Origin: the human T2T-CHM13v2.0 reference genome, Homo sapiens | Direction: 5' to 3' (one strand) | DNA length: 64,000 nt | Assembly: GCF_009914755.1 (NCBI RefSeq) | Contig: NC_060933.1 | In this document: positions 54,393-64,000 of the stretch, piece by piece | Position numbering within the stretch: the first letter of the stretch is position 1 | Layout of the letters: each line of letters starts with the position of its first letter | Translations under genes and position numbers: made by a program | The notes under the pieces: model-generated | Seen by the model: only the letters and a program-made list of their open reading frames with translations | Database searches by the model: none | What the model was told of the DNA's origin: nothing

Positions 54393-57283
54393 CTTAAATA
54401 TATCAAATGAAAAGTCTTTAATGAGGGAACTACTTAAAGAGTTCCTTCATGAAAGGACCAAGCAAAGAACATTGAGCCACCTAGAGCTTGCAACAGTGGG
54501 ACTCTGTTACCATTTCTAAGGCTGAAGATGCAGGGGAGGAAATAGTGTTACCGGAGCACAGATAGTGCAGAGCTGGAGAGGATGGGCCATCTTGCAAGAG
54601 CTACAGCTGTGCAATGAAGCTGCCACTGTCAAAACCACAGAGCCCTCTTAACATTGCTTTTGCTGCATCCCAGAGATTTTGTTATGTTGTGGCTTTGTTT
54701 TCATTTATTCCAAATAATTTTTAAATTTCTGCCTTAATTTCATTGTTTACCCAAAAGTCATTCAGGAGCAAGTTGCTTAATTTCCATGTAATTGTGTGGT
54801 TTTGAGAGATCTTCTTGGCATTTCTATTTTCCGCTGTGGTCCAAGAGTATGGTTGGTACAATTTCGATCTTTTTTAATTTTTTGAGACTTGCATTATGGC
54901 TGAGCACATGGTCAATCTTTGAGTATTTCCCATGTGAAGAAAATATATATCCTATGGTTGATGGGTGGAGTATTTTCTAGATATCTATTATGTCCAATTG
55001 GTCAAGTGTTCAATTTAAGTCTAGAATTTCTTTGTTAGTAAAAGCAGTGTTAAGAGGAAAGTTTATGATTCTAAACACCTACATCAAGAAGTTAGATCTC
55101 AAATTAATAATCTAACATCACTTCTAGAGGAACTAGAAAAATGAGAACAAACTAACCTCAAAGCTATCCGAATAAAAGAAATAACTAAAATCAGAGCAGA
55201 ACTGAATGAAATTCACACAAAGGATCAACAAAACCAAATGTTGGTTATTTGAAAAAATAAACAAAATGGATAGACTGCTAGCTAGATTAACAAAGAAAAA
55301 AGGAGAGCAGATATAAATAAGCACAATCAGAAATTACAAAGGTGACATTACAACCAATCCCACAGAGATGTAAAAGATTCTCAGAGACTAAAATGAACAC
55401 CTTTACGCACATAAACAAGAAAATCTAGAAGAAATGGATAAATTCCTGGAAACACACAGCCTCCCAAGATTGAATCAAGAAGAAATTGAAACCCTGAACA
55501 GACCAATATTGGGTTCTGACATTTAATCAGTAATAAAAGATCTACCAAACAAAAGTAGCTCTGGACCAGAGAGATTCATGGCCAAATTCTAACAGACTTA
55601 CAAAGAAGAGCTTCTACCAATTATACTGAAACTATTCAAAAAAATTGAGAAGGAGCAACTCCTCCTTAACTCATTCTACAAAACCAGTATCAGCCTGATA
55701 CCAAAATACAGCAAAGACACAGTGAGAAAAGAAAACTGCAGGCCAATATCCCTGATGAACATAGACCCAAAAATCCTCAACAAAATACTAGCAAATTGAA
55801 TCTAGCAGCACTTTAAAAAGTTAATGCACCACAATCAAGGTATCCTGGGGAACAAGCTTAGTTCAACATATGCAAATCAATAAATGTGATTCATCACACA
55901 AACAGAACTAAAAACCATACAGTCATTTCAATAGACACAGAAAAAGCTTTTGATAAAATCCAGTATCCCTTCATCATAAAAACCCTCAACAAACTGGGCA
56001 TCAAAGGAACATACCTCAAAATAATAAGAGCCATCTATGACAAACCCACAACCAGCATCATACTGAATGGACAAAAGCTGGAAGCGTTTCCCTTGAGAAC
56101 TGGAACAACACAAGGACTCCCACTCTCACTTTTCCTATTCAACATAATACGGAAGTCCTAGCCAGAGCAGTCAGGCAAGAGAAAGAAATAAAAGACATCC
56201 AAATAGAAAAATAAAAAGTTAAACTATCTCTTTGCTGATGATATGATTCTTTACCTAGAAAACCCTAAAGACTCCACCAAAAGGTTCCTAGACAGATTAA
56301 TGTCCTCAGTAAAATTTCAGGATCAAAATCAATGTATGAAAATTAGTAGCATTTCTATACACCAATAATATTCAAGCTGGGAGCCAAATCAAGAACACAA
56401 TCCCTTTTCCAATAGCCACACACACATACACACACACACACACAAATACACAGGAATACATCTAACCAAGGGTGTGAAGGATCTTCACAAGAAGAACTGC
56501 AAAACACTGCTGAAATAAATCAGAGATGACACAAACAAAAGGAAAAACATTACATGTTCATGGATTGGAAGAATCAATATCATTAAAATGGCCATACTTC
56601 CCAAAGCAACCTACAGATTCAACACTATTTCTGCAAAACTACCAGTGTAACTTTTCACAGAATTAGAAAAAACTATTCTAAAAGTCATATAGAACCTAAA
56701 AATAGTTAAGGCAATCCTAAAGAAAAAGAACAAAGCCAGAAGTATCACATTACCTGATTCCAGACTATATTATAAGGACACAGTAACCAAAACAGCATGA
56801 TACTTCTGCAAAAACAGATCACATAGACTAATGGAACAGAATAGAAAACGCAGCAATAAAGCCACACACTTAGAACCACCTGATCTTCAATAAAGTCAAC
56901 AAAAATAAGCAATGAAGAAAGGATTCCCTATTCAATAAATGGTGCTGGGATGGACTGGTTAGTCATATGCAGAAGAGTGAAATTGGATCCCTACCTTTCA
57001 CCATACACAAAAATTAACTCAAGATGGATTAAGGATTTAAATGTAAAGCCTCAAACTATAAAAATGTTAGAAGAAAACCTAGGGAAAGAGTTTATGACCA
57101 AGTCCTCAAAACTAACTGCAACAAAAACAAAAATTGACAAGTGGGACTTAATTAAACTAAAGAACTTCTGCTCAGCAAAAGAAATTATCAATAAACAGCC
57201 TATGGAATAGAAGAAAATATATGCAAACTATCCACTCAACAACGTTCTCGTGTCCGGAATCTAGAAGGAATTTAAACAAATCA

Positions 57284-57656
<373 letters not shown>

Positions 57657-58131
57657 TCAAAAGAAGATGTACAAGCAGCCAACAAACATGAAAAGATGCT
57701 CAACATCACTAATAATCAGAAAAATGCAAATCAAAACCACAATGAGATACCATCTCAAACCAGTCAGAATGGTTATGATTAAAAAGTTAGAAAATAACAG
57801 ATGTTGGCGATATTTCTGTGAACAGGGAATGCTTCTACACTGTTAGTGGGCGTGTAAATTAGTTCAGCCACTGTGGAAAGCAGTTTGGAGATTTGTGAAA
57901 GAACTTAGAACAGAAATACCATTAGGCCCAGCAATCCCGTTACTGGGTATATACCCGCAGAAAAATAAATCATTCCACCAAAAAGGCACATGCACTTATG
58001 TTCATCACAGCACCATTCGCAATAACAAAGACCTGGAATCAACCTAGGTGCCCATCAGTGGTCGATTGGATAAAGAAAATGTGGTACATACACATCATGT
58101 AATACTACACAGTCATAAAAAGAATGAGCTC

Positions 58132-58875
<744 letters not shown>

Positions 58876-59733
58876 CTACTAGAAAGAGGAGGCAGAAAGG
58901 GGTGCAAGAGTTGAAAAGAATTTATTGGCTGTTATGCTTACTACCTGGGTGATGGAATCATTTTGTACCCAAAACCTCAGCATCACACAATATACCCATG
59001 TAACAAACCTGCACATGTACCCCTGGAATCTAAAATAAAAGTTGAAATTATATGTAAGAAGAAAACCACACAGAGCCCAAGTAAGGAGGAATTGGTGGAA
59101 TTAATACTCTCACCACTGTCTCCTCTACACTCCCCTGGCTAAACCCGGCCAGCAGTCAGTTGATAAGGGAGCATAGGTAACACAATCCGTGGCTTCCAGG
59201 AACATTGAGAAAGGCAGAGAATGGCAGAGAATGAATCTTGGATGGTCAAATGGAAAACAACTAGCAGAGATACAAAAGAATGTTCTATTGAAAGAATAAA
59301 GAAAATAGACCACAGAAGAGAAGGAAAAAGTCAAATATGACAGGAATCTTCAAACAGAGTATTAATTCTGTTACCCTTCACTCTCTTAGTTTTTCTTCTT
59401 GTAGTAGGTATATTCATTATTTTTCCCCTGGAACCTTATTATTGTCCTCATTTCTTAATGTTTTCTTTAAGTATAAATGTTTTAACTATCATAGATGATT
59501 TCAAACATAGTAGAGTGATATAATAAACTCCCATTACACCACCCAGTTTCAACAATTAAAACACACTTGGCCAATCTTCTCTATAATTCAACTCTTTCCC
59601 TCTACTCAGATTATTTTGAAGCAAATTCCAGACATTATACATACATATTTCATACATATAATAAAGATGAAGACTCTTTAAAACACAGATATAAGATCAT
59701 TATCAAATCTAAAAAAAAATGAACCATATTTAG

Positions 59734-60236
<503 letters not shown>

Positions 60237-60324
60237 TAATATGCCTTACAACTCAACTTTTTGTCAAAAAAAAAAAAAGCAAGATTGTTTTTCGCAGGCT
60301 AGATTTTCTGGTTGCATCCTTAGG

Positions 60325-60632
60325 GTTTTTTGTTGTTGTTGATGTTGTTTTGAGATGAGTTTTTGCTCTGTCACCTAGGCTGGAGTGCAGTGGCACAGTT
60401 ATAGCTCACTGCAGCCTTGAACTCCTGGGCTCGAAGGATCCTCCTACCGCAGCCTCCTGAGTACCTGGGATTAGAGGCACGTGCCACTATGCCTGACTAA
60501 TTTTTTAAAATTTTTGTAGAGACAGTGTCTCACTGTGTTCACCCTACTAGTCTCAAACTCCTGGCCTCAAGCAATCCTCCTACCTCAGCTTGCCAAAGTG
60601 TTGGGATTATAGGCGTGAGCCACCGCACACCA
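60325..60632 (-). mobile_element. Alu (J-like)
   Basis: Antisense Alu. Confidence 0.85.
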
Positions 60633-60794
60633 GTCGTAGGGTGTCATTTAACACATTCCTCTAACCTTTTCACTGGAGTTTAATTTAAAGTCTTGATCAG
60701 ATTCCTTTTTTTTTTTTTTTTTTTTTTTTGGGAAAGACTGTTTCACAGGTGGTGCTACCTCTACCTTTTTCCCTCAGGAGGCACTGTGTCTAGT

Positions 60795-60796
<2 letters not shown>

Positions 60797-60829
<33 letters not shown>
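60797..60829. repeat. (GT)n microsatellite
   Basis: Direct reading. Confidence 0.95.
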
Positions 60830-60831
<2 letters not shown>

Positions 60832-61531
60832 GCAGTTGATGATGACAGTTGCCTATGTTGATTAATTTATTAGGAATTGAAAAATGGTGATGCTCTAATT
60901 TTACCATTCTTCTTTATTTATTAGAGGGAATATAACTATAAAGAGAAACTTTTCATCATCAACTACTGGGTTACCCTGTGGTACAAGCAATATAAGAAAG
61001 ACAAAATAAATGCTTCATTCTTTTCCCTTTAATTACCAGTTTTCAGCATAATGAGTTAGTTTCCTAACATCCTCCAAAAATGACCAATGGTATTTTTTTC
61101 TTTAGCATCATTATGAACTCATTGATTTTAAACATATTTGAATATTTTAAACAATATTGAAATATTCGAGGTATTCAATTCCTTGAAGATATTATTGTTA
61201 TTCATGTTAAAATTTCTCCTTCTTTGGCCAGTGAAAGTCTATTAAAGTTGGTTTCAGGTTCCTTTAATGCAAACCTAGTAGTCTTTGATAGCTTTGTTGT
61301 TGTCTGGTATTGTAAGATATTCCAGCCTCATCTTTTACTTTCCCTGCCCCAAACATGGAATCACCAATTTTGCCAAGGTGTCTTGGTGCTCTTTCCTAAT
61401 CAGTAGGAAAAAACCCAGAGACAGTGACCAGCTGAACAGCAATGAACACCTGAAGTGGCTAGATTGTGGTCTCTAAATAGCATTTTTTCAGTAAATCATT
61501 GCTTCTAGGCATTGTAAAATGTGCTAGAGAA

Positions 61532-62008
61532 TGATGGTAAATTGCAGAAATGGACACAAATTCCTCTCCCTCCTGCATACCCCATGTCTCTTTGTAATGT
61601 GGCTTTGACACTTCTACCATTGAGAGGCGTGCCTCTTTACACCTTGAATCTGCACTTGGCCATGTGACTTGATTTAGCTAATGGAAAACAGCAAAGGTGA
61701 CAAAAGCAGAGACTTAAAAAGCACATGTGCAATGGGGCTTGCTCACCACACTGCTGGGAACAAGCCTTGATTAAGCTCCTAGAGAATAAAACACCACATG
61801 GAGAGAGGCACCTGCCATCCTAATTGTCCCAGCTGCAGCACAGATGTGAATTATGCCATCCTACAATCCGTCCCCAAACTAGCCAGCCAAAACCATAAAC
61901 TAGCCAGCTGACCCATAGAATAATGAGAAATAAAAACATTTGTTGTTTTAAGCCATTAAGCCTCGAGGTGGTTTGTAAAACCCCAAAAAAGCAAAAGCTG
62001 ACTGATAT
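61532..62008 (+). mobile_element. MLT1-type MaLR LTR
   Basis: ccttgaatctgcacttggccatgtgacttgatttagctaatgg...tgttgttttaagccattaag...agctgactgata. Confidence 0.75.
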
Positions 62009-62023
62009 AAAAATATGTATTTT

Positions 62024-62664
62024 TTCTTTTTTAAAATTATTTTATTGTTGTTATTGGTTTTAAGTTCTGGGGTACATTTGCAGGATGTGCAGGTTTGTTA
62101 CATAGGTAAACCTGTGCCATGGTGGTTTGCTGCACCTAACAACCCATCACCTATGTATTAAGCCCAGCATACATTAACTCTTTTCCCTAATGCTCTTCAC
62201 CTCCGCCCCCTGCTCTCCCCGACAGACTCCAGTGTGTGTTGTTCCCCTCCTTGTGCCCATGTGTTCTCATTGTTCAGCTCCCACTTATAAGTGAGAATAT
62301 GCTGTCTTTGGTTTCCTGTTCCTGCATTAGTTTGCATAATGGCTTCCAGCTTCATTCATGTCTCTGCAAAGGACATGATCTCGTTCTTTTTTATGGCTGC
62401 ATATATTCTGTGGTATATATATACCACATTTTCTTTATCCAGTCTATCATTGATGGGCATTTGAGTTGATTCCATGTCTTTGCTATCGTGAGTAGTGCTG
62501 CAGTGAACATACACGTGCATGTATCTTTATAATAGAACAATTTATATTCTGGATTGCTGGGTCAAATGGTATTTCCTGTTGTAAATCTTTGAGGAATCAC
62601 CACACTGTCTTCCACAATGATTGAACTAATTTACATTCCCACCAACAGTGTAAAAGCGTGCCTA
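62024..62664 (-). mobile_element. 5'-truncated L1PA (roughly PA7-PA10) 3' end with TSD
   Basis: Antisense L1PA 3'UTR; TSD AAAAATATGTATTTT at 62009-62023 and 62665-62679. Confidence 0.88.
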
Positions 62665-62883
62665 AAAAATATGTATTTTAAAGATAAAATATATATTGAC
62701 ATTAACACTTTAAACTAAAACCCAAATCTATAGCGTTTTTTAAGCCCTTTATTGATCTTTCACTGAAACTTCTTTCTCCTACTCTAAAAATTCCAATTGT
62801 AAACAAAATAAACAGAATAACTCATTTGTTTTATCTCGATCTACATATAAAGAGGTCTCAGAATGATAATACTAATACAACCT

Positions 62884-63277
62884 CTGTCACAGGTTACATT
62901 TTGTGGAGCAGACACTGAGATGGAATTTGGGGTACAACATGAGAAAGAAGCGGGGATCAGGAAGAACTGAGCAGAAGACCAATTAATATGATACCGTATG
63001 ATCAGGCCGTTCAAAACTTTGGCCAACCTAGCAGGGAATTCTGGAATGAGTAATACCCGTCATAGATGTCTCATGTTGGGCCAAACTGGTCAGACTTTAT
63101 ATTCCTGTCATACTTGGCCACCAGATGTGGGCTGTACCAGGAAGCGCATGACTTTATGCATGGCAACTCTGCATATGATATCAACCCTGGAGGAGCTAAT
63201 AGTCTGAGGCTGTCCACTCCCAGTAGCAAGATCTTCCCTGCAGGAGGATCTGAGCAGCACTTCTCCATGTCTTCCAG
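62884..63277. mobile_element. LTR16-like ERVL LTR
   Basis: agcagacactgagatggaattt...ggccaacctagcagggaattctgga...gaggatctgagcagcac. Confidence 0.6.
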
Positions 63278-63371
63278 TCTCCAAAATACAGTTCCCGAAA
63301 ACAGGATTATTTTTATATATCTTTTTGTCCTTAGTATATGTGCCTCTAGGTACATGCAATCAAGCTGTTGA

Positions 63372-63703
63372 ACAGATGATCCTCAGCTCAATGGTTCAAC
63401 ATACCAATTTTCAGCTTTACTATGGTACAAAAGCTATACACATTCAGTAGAAACTACACCCCAAATTTTGAATTTTGATCTTTTCCCAACCAGCAATACA
63501 CAGTACAATATTCTCTGGAGATGTTAGGCAGTGGCCATGAGCCATAACTTCCAGTCAGCCATGCCATCATGAGGGTAAACAAATACTGTACTCTGCAGTG
63601 TACTGTATTCAATAAATTACATGAGATATTAAATACTTTATTGTAAAGTAGACTTTGTTAGATAATTTTGCACAACTATATATAATGTAAGTGTTCTGAG
63701 CAC
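63372..63703 (-). mobile_element. MER47/Tigger5-like DNA transposon remnant
   Basis: cattcagtagaaac...tattcaataaattacatgagatatt...aatgtaagtgttctgagcac is the reverse complement of the MER47 core. Confidence 0.7.

Positions 63704-64000
<297 letters not shown>

Noticed and set aside
62998-63371. Cluster of overlapping ORFs on both strands
   Set aside because: Lies within an LTR16-like repeat; no recognisable domain.

Overview
Primate (very likely human) genomic DNA, AT-rich and dense in repeats, with no CpG island. The only gene-derived content is an unprocessed, duplicated kinesin KIF27 pseudogene on the + strand (KIF27P1-like, about 6.4-40.1 kb). Nine exons with GT-AG boundaries are recognisable (KIF27 exons 2, 3 and 5-11; numbering and protein comparisons are from my recollection of KIF27). 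The start codon is mutated (ATG>AAG), the large motor-domain exon 4 is missing, exon 8 has a 4-nt frameshift, and no exon after 11 is found. The rest is Alu (>40 copies), L1 (including a young 5'-inverted ACG-type element with TSDs), LTR and DNA-transposon remnants, and microsatellites. Almost all other ORF-track entries are Alu, L1 or microsatellite artefacts. The most unusual structures are: (i) a 105-bp intronic copy of the exon-8 3' end plus donor, sitting behind a pyrimidine tract, which could act as a 19-nt microexon bypassing the frameshift in frame; (ii) a ~300-bp inverted duplication in intron 9; (iii) a residual open coiled-coil ORF in exons 9-11; (iv) several retrotransposition and recombination scars. 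I found no convincing wholly new gene system; functional ideas are inference. Repeat boundaries and subfamily names are by eye and approximate.
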